From Cyanophora paradoxa CCMP329 (taxonomy: Eukaryota; Plantae; Glaucophyta), in contig QPMI01000480.1 in NCBI GenBank assembly GCA_004431415.1, forward strand, positions 1 through 58,177: 58,177 nt of DNA, in the 5' to 3' direction. Position numbers and translations under genes: made by a program. Below are positions 33,439-44,800 of the stretch, piece by piece. Every line of letters starts with the position of its first letter. Position 1 is the first letter of the stretch. Below the pieces are notes generated by a model. That model saw only the letters and a list, made by a program, of their open reading frames with translations, was not told the DNA's origin and ran no database searches.

Positions 33439-35616
33439 ATGAGCAATGACGCGTCCGAGAACGTCGGCGCACAAACAGCTGCAGCTAGCGCTGCTTCGCA
33501 TACGGATCTGCATGCACCAGAAGCAGCGCCCTTCGCGTTCGATCGGCTCCCGGACGGCGTCCTCTCGGTGGTCCTGCAGTTCTTGGGCCTGCAGCACGCG
33601 GCCGCGGCGCGCGCGGTGTGCAGGAGCTGGCGGGAGGCCGTCGAGGCGATCCAGTGGCGGCGGCTCGACGTAGTCGGCAAGGGCCTCATGCGCCCAGAGC
33701 GGCTCGTGAAGCTCCTCGTGGATCCCGCCGTTGGCCATGGCGTCGAGGAGCCCGAGGGAGATCCCGCCGTCGGCGCCAAGCGGCGGTGGATCCGCGTCGC
33801 CCCCGGCGCGTCGCTGCGCGTGGAGATGGGCTCCGAAGCGTACATGAAGGCGTCGCTCGCGAAAGACTGGGCCGACTGGTTCCAGACGGCGGTCGCCCTC
33901 GTCGCGGCGTGCGTCGCGGCGGCGAGCGGCGGCCTCGGCGAAGTCTCCGTCGAGTGCGTCTACCTCGTGGGCGGCGACGCCGCCGCTCTGGAGGCGCTGC
34001 TCCTCGCCATCGTGCCCCTGGGCGCCGCCGCCTGCCCGGCGCTGCGCAGCTTCAAGCTTCTGTGCAACTTCGCGGACGGCTCCGGGGGCGTGCCGTTTCC
34101 CCTGGAGCCCCGCCTTCGCCCTCTGTCGAACCTGGAGGTCTTCGCCCTCCCCCGCTGCTGGTACGTCGACCGGCCCGCCGCGGACGCCGTCGGCCGGTCC
34201 CTCCCCCGCCTCAAGCGGGTGCGCCCCAGTGCAGTACCCCCCATCACCCCCCGCCCCGCACCTTCCCCCTTCAGATGTTCACGCGGGGCCACGCAGCTGG
34301 GGATCACCTTGGGTGGCTTCGAGGCGGCCGGCGGCCTCGCGGGCGCGGCCTCCCTGCAGTACCTGAAGGCCAGGAGCAGCGGCGGCTCGGCAAGCCGGCC
34401 CCATTGTCCGGACGCCGGCCCTCTCCTCGAGGGCCTCGCTTCCGGCCCCGCCGCCCTCTCCCTCAAAGAGTCCGTGCCGTACCCCTCGGCCTCGCAAAAG
34501 ATCTCGGCCGACTCCGCCCCATGGCCAGGCTATGCTTCGAGGGGCGCCTCTCCGCCGCCGCCCTGCGCGTCCTCCCTCGCCTCGCCGCCCTCGAGCTCCT
34601 CAGCGGATCCTTAACGGTCCGCCCGTACCCCCACCCTCCAAACTTACAACGCGCCCTAACGGTACCCCCCGCCCCCGCGCCCCGCAGCTCGGCCCCGATC
34701 TGGACCGGGCGGACCTGGGTGCCCTTCGGCTCCCCCCGGCGCTGCGGGGGCTGGGTACGCTGCGCCTCAGCCGTGAGCTCGAGCGGGACGGCGCGGCGCT
34801 CGCCGGGGCCCTCGAGGGCCTCGCGGGGGCCCTCGCCGCGTGCCCGCGGCCGCGGCCGTCGCCCCCGGCCCTTACCCTGATCCTCGGTCCGCCCGCCCGC
34901 GCCGCGGTCCGCCCCCGATCCTTAAGCTTATTACGTGAAGCGGACGCGGCAGAGGCGGCGCCGCCGGAGGCGAACGCGCTCGCGGGCCTCTCGGCGCTGG
35001 CGCGGGCGGCCCGCGGGGAGCTCTCGCTCGAGCTGCCCGTCGACCTGCGGCCCGGCCGCCCCACGGAGGCCGCCGCCGCGCTCTCCGACGCCCCGCTCCG
35101 CAAGTGCGTATCTCGTCCATCGTTCCTAAAGCCTGGATTGGAATCTATATTGTTCCTAGCTATATATTCTGCATCCGTCCTCGTATTGCTCCGTCCGATC
35201 TCCTACCTATATATTCTAGCTATATTGCTCCGCAAGCGCGTATGTACCCGTCCTCGCCGGAATCTAAAGTAAAGCCTTCGCTATCTAAAGCCTGGAATCA
35301 TACATATGTTGCTCCTAGCTATCCTGCATCGCTCCTAACTACTTTCGCGGCGCGTGGGCACATATACCACTCCTTCCTGTCTTCATATATTGTTCCTAGC
35401 TATATTTCCTGCATCGCTCCTAACTACTTTCGCGGCGCGCGGGCACGGCGCAGGCTCCTGCTCGTGGTCGACGTGAGCGAGGAGGCGGCGCGGGGCGGCT
35501 GGGCGGACGGCCTCTCCGCCTTCGCCGGCTGCAGCTGCTCGGGGGGGCTCGAGGTGCGCCCTCGATCGCCGGCTGCCCTAAGCTTTAAGCAGCGGATGCA
35601 CGTGCAACAGGCCTAG
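33439..35616 (+). CDS. F-box protein with LRR-like C-terminal region
   Basis: FDRLPDGVLSVVLQFLGLQHAAAARAVCRSWREAV is an F-box. CPALRSFKL, LSNLEVFAL and LPRLKR are LRR-like segments. GT-AG introns follow in the 3' half; the end is approximate. Confidence 0.8.
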
Positions 35617-37427
35617 GCTTAAGAATTGATCTCGAATTTATATTTAGTTTATAAGCAGCAGGCTTAAAATCTAGAATTGACATCGATGGCAGATCCGGCT
35701 TCGCGCCTTGCGCCCGTACGATTCCACGAACATGTACATCGTGGAGGAGGAGGCCGCCGGCCACGCGTTCCGCCTCGGCGTGTGGGCGGCCGTCGCGCGC
35801 GCCCTCCCGGCGGCTCGCATCCTCACGAGCCCGTAGTTCTAGAAAGCGGACTCGGGACGCGGGGCGGGCAGCGGTGCGCAGGGCTTTTTGTTCCTTTTCA
35901 ATTTCGCTGCTGCAAGCTATTGAGATCGGGTGGCCGCTTACTATGATTACGCCTAGTGAGCGCTAGCTACGTAGCTAGAGCTCACTAGGTTTGTTTATTT
36001 AGACCCCACCTTTCCAGGCGGTCTTTGTTTGTTTATTTAGACCCCACCTTGCACATCCTGAGACGAGCGGGGGGCGGGGGAGAGTCGAAGACCTGGTACA
36101 ATTACAAATCCAACCCCGTAGTACTAGCTGTGTATAATATATATATTAATGCTGCGTTGCTTCAAGGAGCTACGTCCGTTGCTCGCGATCGTGCCTTACC
36201 GATTGCACCGACACCCGGGACAGCTTCTGTGTGCACCCAGGGCATGCGCACGCGTACGTGCACGTGCACTGTATGCGCATGCGCAGACGCCGGCGCCTAG
36301 CTAGGCCTACGGGAGGGGCGCCGGCAGGCTCTCGTATACGTATACGTACGGCTGCGCTACGGCAAGCGTTGAGAAGGGAGGGGGGCCCGGGCGCCCGGCG
36401 GGGCGGGCTGCAGGCGCGGCCTAAATATAGGAGGAACGAGGCTCTAGAGCTAGGCCGCGCCTGCAGCCCGCCTCGTTCCTCCGACGCCCCTAGGGCGCGT
36501 TATAAGTTTGGAGGGTGGGGGGGCGTCGGAGGACGGGGACGTTGGCGATCGCGACGGCGGCGTCGATGATCGTGCTCATGATCATCGGATCGTGATCATG
36601 AGGGCGCGACCGCTAGCTGCGCATGCCGAATTCAAATGGACGTTCCCCGGCCCCGCCCGCCCGGCCCGCGCGGTGGCCAGAGCCGCATGGGTACGAGTGC
36701 TATAGCTATAGCTAGTGCTAGAGCTATCACTAGGGGGCCCCCCCCAGTTCCAATGGTTCGGAATCATGAATTCGAAGTTTGCTGGCAAAACTGTGACTAT
36801 TGTAAATCGGAACAACGAAGTTCCCAACTTCGTTCGCACTATGCACAGCTCTCGTACGATCATGTAGTACCGACAGCGTCAGTTGTAACGAGAGCAATCC
36901 AGAGCTGTCCACAGAGAACAAGGCGCGGCCGGGGCGCGGCACAGGGCGCCCGGGGAGCACTATCAGTGCGCTAGGGCAGCTAAGTAGGGGTCATAGCTAC
37001 GACTAGCAGCGCAGGCGCGGCTCCGGAGCTCGGTTGCAGTCGCCGAGTCGACCAGCGCCGGCGGCCTCCTGAGTGCTTTCGAACGCTAGCTATGGCTGTG
37101 CATTCGTGTTTGATGCGTGTGCGGCCCGCGCCGGGCTTGTCGATCGAGGTGCCGACCGCGCGCCTTGTAGGAAGCGCGCACGCGGGCCGCGTCAGTGCCA
37201 ACGCCTTGCACGGAAGGCCTATATGCTATAGAGACCGCGTTTGCACAGCTAGAGCCCGCGGTTCCGGGTGTGCCGTGGCTCGTTGGGGTACTGCGTGCTG
37301 GCAAGTGGTGCTAGTACCCCCAAGCTACGAAGCGCTGACAAGCGGAGCCGGCTGAAGAAAGTGCGCTGAATCGGGCCTTAATGGTCAGATTGGCTCACAA
37401 TGCGCAGGTTCCAGTGACCCGCCGAGG

Positions 37428-37640
37428 ATGAGGCGCATTGCCACGAGGCGCCAGCTGCCGCAAGAGCTTCCGGGCGAGCTAGCGATGGTGCTCCTGGTCA
37501 AACTTTCTTCAATTGAATGCAAGAGCTTCCGGGCGAGCTAGCGATGGTGCTCCTGGTCAAGCTTTCGTTTGTAGAGCGCGTCCGGCTCGAGCGCGTGTCG
37601 AGGGAGAGACTAGCCTCGCCATCGACCACAGGCTCGCAGA
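37428..37640 (+). pseudogene. F-box fragment carried in the CACTA (also about 42509-42720 and 54677-54800)
   Basis: LPQELPGELAMVLLVKLSFVERVRLERVSRE fits F-box spacing. It is disrupted by a 41-bp internal duplication and followed by the minisatellite. Confidence 0.55.
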
Positions 37641-37669
37641 GCTCACAGGCTGCCAGACGACGCGGCTCA

Positions 37670-38770
37670 CGGGACGGGGCGGAAGTGCGGCGGGCGGCGG
37701 CGCAGCTCGCGGCGAGACGGAGGCGTGGCGGATGGCGGCGCAGCTCGTCGGGCGAGAAGGAGGCGTGGCGGATGGCGGCGCAGCTCGTCGGGCGAGAAGG
37801 AGGCGTGGCGGACGGCGGCGCGGCTTGCCGTACGGGGCGGGGGCTCGGCGGGCGGCGGCGCGGCTCACCGCACGGCGCCGGGGCTCGGCGGGCGGCGGCG
37901 CGGCTCACCGCACGGAGCGCGGCTTGCCGTACAGGGCGGGGGCTCGGCGGGCGGCGGCGCGGCTCACCGCACGGCGCCGGGGCTCGGCGGGCGGCGGCGC
38001 GGCTCACCGCACGGGGCGGAAGCTCGTGGCGGCGGCGCAGCTCGACGGGCGGGGCGGGGGCTCGGCGGGCGGCGGCGCAGCTCACCGCACGAGGCGGAGG
38101 CTTGGCGAGTGCCGGCGCGGCTCGCCGGGCGGGGCGGAGACTCGTCGGGCGGCGGCGCAGCTCGACGGGCGGGGCGGGACGCGGCGGGCAGCGGCCCGGC
38201 TCGACGGGCGGGGCGGGGGCGCGGGGGGCGGCGGCGCGGCACGCCGGGCGGGGCGGAGACTCGGCGGGCGGCGGCGCGGCTCGACGGGCCGGGCGGGGGC
38301 GCGGCGGACGGCGGCGCGGTACGCCGGGCGGGGCGGGGACGCGGCGGGCGGCGGCGCGGCTCTTCGGGCGGGGCGGCGGCGCGGCGGGCGACGGCGCGGC
38401 TCGCCGGGCGGGGCGGAGACTCGTCGGACGGCGGCGCAGCTCGACGGGTAGGGTGCGGACGCGGCGGGCGGCGGCGCGGCACGCCGGGCGGGGCGGGGAC
38501 GCGGCGGGCGGCGGCGCGGCTCGCCGGGCGGGGCGGCGGCCCGGCGGGCGACGGCGGGGCTCGCCGGGCGGGGCGGAGACTCGTCGGGCGGCGGCGCAGC
38601 TCGACGGGCGGGGCGGGGACGCGGCGGGCGGCGGCGCGGCTCGACGGGCGGGGCGGCGGCGCGGCGGGCGGCTTTGCGGACGGCGGCGCGGGTCGCAGGA
38701 CGGGGCGGCGGCGCGGCGGGCAACAGCTCCGCGGCAGGACTTGCCGCACGGGGCGGGGGCTCTGCGGCTT
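37670..38770. repeat. GC-rich minisatellite (units of about 30-40 bp) inside the CACTA; copies at about 42750-43845 and 54830-55735
   Basis: Variants of GGCGGGCGGCGGCGCGGCTCG[C/A]CGGGCGGGGCGG[A/G]GAC repeated many times. Confidence 0.9.
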
Positions 38771-40451
38771 CAAGGCTAGTTACCACGCGTGTCAAAATAG
38801 GTTGCTCTGACGTACTGCTTCATGGCCTGGCTGCGCGAGAATGCGCACTGTGGCACTGCAGATCTAGAACAGAATCAGATGCACCCCTTCCCCCTTCGTG
38901 TCCGGATCCTAGAGCCTCGAAGAAGATTCACGCTTAAATAACTAAGTTTATTGAAAGGGAGATGTTTATAGCATATAATTATATGAGATGTGCTGGGTGA
39001 CATAGTGCCGCACTATCACTTTTAAGTTGACAAGCCGAAAGTACGACTTCAACTTCTCAACATCACACTGACTCATGATCAGTGATCATGATCGAGATTG
39101 AACGTGCCGCACGTTCGCGCAGGATGCAAATCGGACAGCATGATGAACATCCATTATACTTTCATTTAACTCAGTGAGTCCAGCGAGAATGCGGCCAGGT
39201 GGCTTGCTCTAACATCGAGCCCTTCGAGAGCCCGTGCTGTGGCGTGTGCGCAGGGCCTGGGCTCGATACTAGACAGCGAAACAATCACTTTTCAAACATT
39301 ATACAAGATCCTGCCACTAGACAGAGCGGCGCGCGCCCTGAACTGTCCACTCGCATGAGATTCTCCAGTGGGGTCCGTGACAGACTCGGATCAAATCGAG
39401 CGCCCGAAGGCCACGACGAGGCAGGCGTATATCTATGCACCGTATTAGCACTTCTATGAAGAAGAGAGCAAAATGCTGCGATACGGGCGCAAGCGCACTG
39501 GCACGCACGGCAGCGCGTCGTGGAATCTGTGTGGTGGGGTCAGTTCAAAGGCGCGTGGCCGAGCCAGCGACGCGCGACAGTAGCGCAAACTCCTGCAGTG
39601 CGTGCAATCTGCGTATGTGGTCAGTGCAGTCTCGCACGCCCGCCCCGGCGGACGGTGGGCCGGGCTCTCAACGCGGCCGGCCGCGGTGTCCGATTGACGT
39701 CCGGCGGCGGCGACGTCCGGCTTCAGTCGGCCGTCGGCTAGCTGTAGGTCAGGCTGACGGCAGGCTGACGTCGACGGCAGGCTGTTGGACGCAAGCGCTG
39801 TTGTCTGGAAGCACGCCCAGGCGGCCCAGCTGCTACAGTCGGCTACAGCTGCTGCGGCCCTCTGCATGGTAAACGCTAACGGCTCGTTAAGCTCGGCTCG
39901 CAGCCGGGGCGGCTGGTCCGGGGTATACGTAGATCCTCGCTAACGGCCAGCAGCTTCAAACAGCGGGCCAACCTGCACCTAACTCGCGCTTGAGCAGCGT
40001 CTTGAACAGCGTCTAGGGACCTCTAGCGAGCTGCTGTGCCTTGCTCTCGCGCAGGGAAGCCGCGGCAGTCGGCTGCAGCCGGGTTTTGAACAGCCCAGGT
40101 CCGACGGCCCGTCCCCGGCGGGCTGCCGAGCGCTCATGTGCTCTTTGCTTCCCAGAGCGCTCCTAGAAGCGGGCGGCTTCCTCGCCGAGCGCCGAGCGGC
40201 ATTTTCCGCGGTCTCGCAAGGTTCGACCGGCAACCCTCGCGTAAATCTTGCCTCGCGAGGCGCCGCGGTCGTTTTATGTGCTCGTTGCGCTGAACATGTT
40301 GCGCAGGAGCGGTCGGTGGACGTGCGCTCGTCTGTTCCGTTGAGTCCATCCGGCCGCTCGCTTGAGTGAGCGCTCCAGCCCTGCGGTCTCCGCTCGCTTG
40401 AGTGAGCGTCGTGGTCTCCGCGCTCGAAGAGTGATCTTCGTTGCGCAGGAC

Positions 40452-41737
40452 ATGGGCGATAAGCGCGAGGCGGCGGCCGCGGTTCCGGAGGCGACAGCCG
40501 CGCCGGTGTTCAAGGAGCTCGAGGTACTGCCCCCGCCTATTTCTCAACGAGTCTGACACGCAGTTTTAGCCCGCGCGGAAGCGCCGCAGGAGGACGCAAC
40601 CCGCACGCGGCGGTCCGACGGCCCAGACTTTGACCCTTGCTGCACCCGACTTCCTCTGTTGCGAAACGGTGCGGTCCTCACCTTAACGCTTCCCCTCCAT
40701 CTGAATCTGACTTCCGCACAGGAACCTGTGGGCTACTTGAAATTCACTCACATCTTGCCCTTCCTCAAGGACGGGCTCAAGGTGCGGCTCTTCGTTGCCA
40801 AGATCGACGTCTACGTCGTCGACGAAGGGTTCTTCTTCGTCGGCATCGGCATTCTAGTGCCCAAGGTGCGGCAAGATGAACCTCCCCCTCCCCTTCCCCC
40901 CCCCCTCGCCCCACGTCGCCCCCGCAGTACACCCTCCTAGCTATATCTAGATGCCCTACCCCGCCCCGCCTCCGCTCCGCCCCTCCGGGCCCCGGTGGGG
41001 GTACGCCTTCGCCGGCGTCTTCGGACAAGGTACCCCCGGTAGCTGGGGTCCTTGGTCCGACGGCGCTGGTGAGGGCGTACCCCCTCGCGCGGGCCCCGAT
41101 CGGGCACTAGCTCTAGATGCCCCTACTTACCCGCCCCCTCCGGGCCCCCGGTGGGGGTACGCCTTCGCCGGCGTCTTCGGACAAGGTACCCCCCGGTAGC
41201 TGGGGTCCCTTGGTCCGACGGCGCTGGTGAGGGCGTACCCCCCTCGCGCGGGCCCCGATCGGGCACTAGCTCTAGATGCCCCTACTTACCCGCCCCCTCC
41301 GGGCCCCCGGTGGGGGTACGCCTTCGCCGGCGTCTTCGGACAAGGTACCCCCGGTAGCTGGGGTCCTTGGTCCGAAGGCGCTGGTGAGGGCGTACCCCCT
41401 CGCGCGGGCCGCGTCGGGGCGCTAGCTTCATAGCTAAACGCCGTACCCCTCTTCAGTTGGGCCACATACTGACTCCATTTCAGTTGGGCGAAGCTGAGGA
41501 GCCCTCGGACGTCGTCAAGTTGGTTGTGCTTGCCGAAGGCAAAGCTGACGAGGACGTGCTGGGCAGAAAGGTAGCTCTGTCACTCCCCTCGAGGTTTATT
41601 CAGTTCATTCACGTCTAGCGTGCAGATCCCCGAGGATATCACGGAGTTGCCTGGCAACGAAGAGCTCACTACTTTCAGTGGGCTGGAAGGCCGAGTGGTC
41701 TTCTGGCCCAAGGCCCTCCTTTCCCTCCTCCGCAGTG
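40452..41737 (+). CDS. Spliced CACTA accessory gene, possibly TnpA/Tnp1-like C-terminal domain (copy 2: 45526-46816)
   Basis: Five in-frame exons: MGDKRE..KELE|PARKRRRR..CCET|EPVGYLKF..LKVRLFVAKID..FVGIGILVPK|LGEAEEPSDVVKLVVL..GRK|IPEDITELPGNEELTTFSGLEGRVVFWPKALL. It has a basic NLS-like stretch. The V.G.G...V.V...LP...G.V.WP..L pattern recalls plant CACTA ORF2 (Tnp1/En/Spm-like) domains; the family call is inference. Confidence 0.55.
40940..41420 (+). repeat. Intronic tandem array of three ~158-bp units, each with an ~88-nt hairpin (copies at about 46010-46490 and 57903-58177)
   Basis: Hairpins at 40997-41084, 41153-41243 and 41312-41399: GGGGGTACGCCTTCGCCGGCGTCTTCGGACAAGGTACCCC..GGGGTCCTTGGTCCGACGGCGCTGGTGAGGGCGTACCCCC. 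Confidence 0.9.
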
Positions 41738-41810
41738 GGCCAGAGCCGCATGGGTACGGCCAGAGCCGCATGGGTACGAGTGCTATAGCTATAGCTAGTG
41801 CTAGAGCTAT

Positions 41811-44800
41811 CACTAGGGGGCCCCCCCCAGTTCCAATGGTTCGGAATCATGAATTCGAAGTTTGCTGGCAAAACTGTGACTATTGTAAATCGGAACAACG
41901 AAGTTCCCAACTTCGTTCGCACTATGCACAGCTCTCGTACGATCATGTAGTACCGACAGCGTCAGTTGTAACGAGAGCAATCCAGAGCTGTCCACAGAGA
42001 ACAAGGCGCGGCCGGGGCGCGGCACAGGGCGCCCGGGGAGCACTATCAGTGCGCTAGGGCAGCTAAGTAGGGGTCATAGCTACGACTAGCAGCGCAGGCG
42101 CGGCTCCGGAGCTCGGTTGCAGTCGCCGAGTCGACCAGCGCCGGCGGCCTCCTGAGTGCTTTCGAACGCTAGCTATGGCTGTGCATTCGTGTTTGATGCG
42201 TGTGCGGCCCGCGCCGGGCTTGTCGATCGAGGTGCCGACCGCGCGCCTTGTAGGAAGCGCGCACGCGGGCCGCGTCAGTGCCAACGCCTTGCACGGAAGG
42301 CCTATATGCTATAGAGACCGCGTTTGCACAGCTAGAGCCGCGGTTCCGGGTGTGCCGTGGCTCGTTGGGGTACTGCGTGCTGGCAAGTGGTGCTAGTACC
42401 CCAAGCTACGAAGCGCTGACAAGCGGAGCCGGCTGAAGAAAGTGCGCTGAATCGGGCCTTAATGGTCAGATTGGCTCACAATGCGCAGGTTCCAGTGACC
42501 CGCCGAGGATGAGGCGCATTGCCACGAGGCGCCAGCTGCCGCAAGAGCTTCCGGGCGAGCTAGCGATGGTGCTCCTGGTCAAACTTTCTTCAATTGAATG
42601 CAAGAGCTTCCGGGCGAGCTAGCGATGGTGCTCCTGGTCAAGCTTTCGTTTGTAGAGCGCGTCCGGCTCGAGCGCGTGTCGAGGGAGAGACTAGCCTCGC
42701 CATCGACCACAGGCTCGCAGAGCTCACAGGCTGCCAGACGACGCGGCTCACGGGACGGGGCGGAAGTGCGGCGGGCGGCGGCGCAGCTCGCGGCGAGACG
42801 GAGGCGTGGCGGATGGCGGCGCAGCTCGTCGGGCGAGAAGGAGGCGTGGCGGATGGCGGCGCAGCTCGTCGGGCGAGAAGGAGGCGTGGCGGACGGCGGC
42901 GCGGCTTGCCGTACGGGGCGGGGGCTCGGCGGGCGGCGGCGCGGCTCACCGCACGGCGCCGGGCTCGGCGGGCGGCGGCGCGGCTCACCGCACGGAGCGC
43001 GGCTTGCCGTACAGGGCGGGGGCTCGGCGGGCGGCGGCGCGGCTCACCGCACGGCGCCGGGGCTCGGCGGGCGGCGGCGCGGCTCACCGCACGGGGCGGA
43101 AGCTCGTGGCGGCGGCGCAGCTCGACGGGCGGGGCGGGGGCTCGGCGGGCGGCGGCGCAGCTCACCGCACGAGGCGGAGGCTTGGCGAGTGCCGGCGCGG
43201 CTCGCCGGGCGGGGCGGAGACTCGTCGGGCGGCGGCGCAGCTCGACGGGCGGGGCGGGGACGCGGCGGGCAGCGGCCCGGCTCGACGGGCGGGGCGGGGC
43301 GCGGGGGCGGCGGCGCGGCACGCCGGGCGGGGCGGAGACTCGGCGGGCGGCGGCGCGGCTCGACGGGCCGGGCGGGGCGCGGCGGACGGCGGCGCGGTAC
43401 GCCGGGCGGGGCGGGGACGCGGCGGGCGGCGGCGCGGCTCTTCGGGCGGGGCGGCGGCGCGGCGGGCGACGGCGCGGCTCGCCGGGCGGGGCGGAGACTC
43501 GTCGGACGGCGGCGCAGCTCGACGGGTAGGGTGCGGACGCGGCGGGCGGCGGCGCGGCACGCCGGGCGGGGCGGGGACGCGGCGGGCGGCGGCGCGGCTC
43601 GCCGGGCGGGGCGGCGGCCCGGCGGGCGACGGCGGGGCTCGCCGGGCGGGGCGGAGACTCGTCGGGCGGCGGCGCAGCTCGACGGGCGGGGCGGGGACGC
43701 GGCGGGCGGCGGCGCGGCTCGACGGCGGGGCGGCGGCGCGGCGGGCGGCTTTGCGGACGGCGGCGCGGGTCGCAGGACGGGGCGGCGGCGCGGCGGGCAA
43801 CAGCTCCGCGGCAGGACTTGCCGCACGGGGCGGGGCTCTGCGGCTTCAAGGCTAGTTACCACGCGTGTCAAAATAGGTTGCTCTGACGTACTGCTTCATG
43901 GCCTGGCTGCGCGAGAATGCGCACTGTGGCACTGCAGATCTAGAACAGAATCAGATGCACCCCTTCCCCTTCGTGTCCGGATCCTAGAGCCTCGAAGAAG
44001 ATTCACGCTTAAATAACTAAGTTTATTGAAAGGGAGATGTTTATAGCATATAATTATATGAGATGTGCTGGGTGACATAGTGCCGCACTATCACTTTTAA
44101 GTTGACAAGCCGAAAGTACGACTTCAACTTCTCAACATCACACTGACTCATGATCAGTGATCATGATCGAGATTGAACGTGCCGCACGTTCGCGCAGGAT
44201 GCAAATCGGACAGCATGATGAACATCCATTATACTTTCATTTAACTCAGTGAGTCCAGCGAGAATGCGGCCAGGTGGCTTGCTCTAACATCGAGCCCTTC
44301 GAGAGCCCGTGCTGTGGCGTGTGCGCAGGGCCTGGGCTCGATACTAGACAGCGAAACAATCACTTTTCAAACATTATACAAGATCCTGCCACTAGACAGA
44401 GCGGCGCGCGCCCTGAACTGTCCACTCGCATGAGATTCTCCAGTGGGGTCCGTGACAGACTCGGATCAAATCGAGCGCCCGAAGGCCACGACGAGGCAGG
44501 CGTATATCTATGCACCGTATTAGCACTTCTATGAAGAAGAGAGCAAAATGCTGCGATACGGGCGCAAGCGCACTGGCACGCACGGCAGCGCGTCGTGGAA
44601 TCTGTGTGGTGGGGTCAGTTCAAAGGCGCGTGGCCGAGCCAGCGACGCGCGACAGTAGCGCAAACTCCTGCAGTGCGTGCAATCTGCGTATGTGGTCAGT
44701 GCAGTCTCGCACGCCCGCCCCGGCGGACGGTGGGCCGGGCTCTCAACGCGGCCGGCCGCGGTGTCCGATTGACGTCCGGCGGCGGCGACGTCCGGCTTCA

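Larger units (their letters stand above)
36728..41737. mobile_element. CACTA element copy 1 (lacks the right end; part of a tandem duplication that starts at 36675)
   Basis: TAT|CACTAGGGGGCCCCCCCCAGTTCCAATGGTTCGGAATCA left TIR. Near identical to 41811-46802 apart from homopolymer indels. Confidence 0.85.

Noticed and set aside
37498-38810. Long Arg/Gly/Ala-rich ORFs in all frames (also 42594-44016 and the 741-aa ORF 53554-55779)
   Set aside because: They arise from a stop-free GC minisatellite and GC-rich antisense sequence, with no protein-like complexity.
38940-40350. Possible minus-strand spliced gene inside the CACTA
   Set aside because: There are some exon-like segments, but no consistent reading frame or recognisable domain could be assembled.
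36675-41757. 20-bp direct repeat as the target-site duplication of a retroelement
   Set aside because: The enclosed sequence is a copy of the adjacent flank plus CACTA, with no RT, poly-A or LTR. A tandem duplication explains it better.
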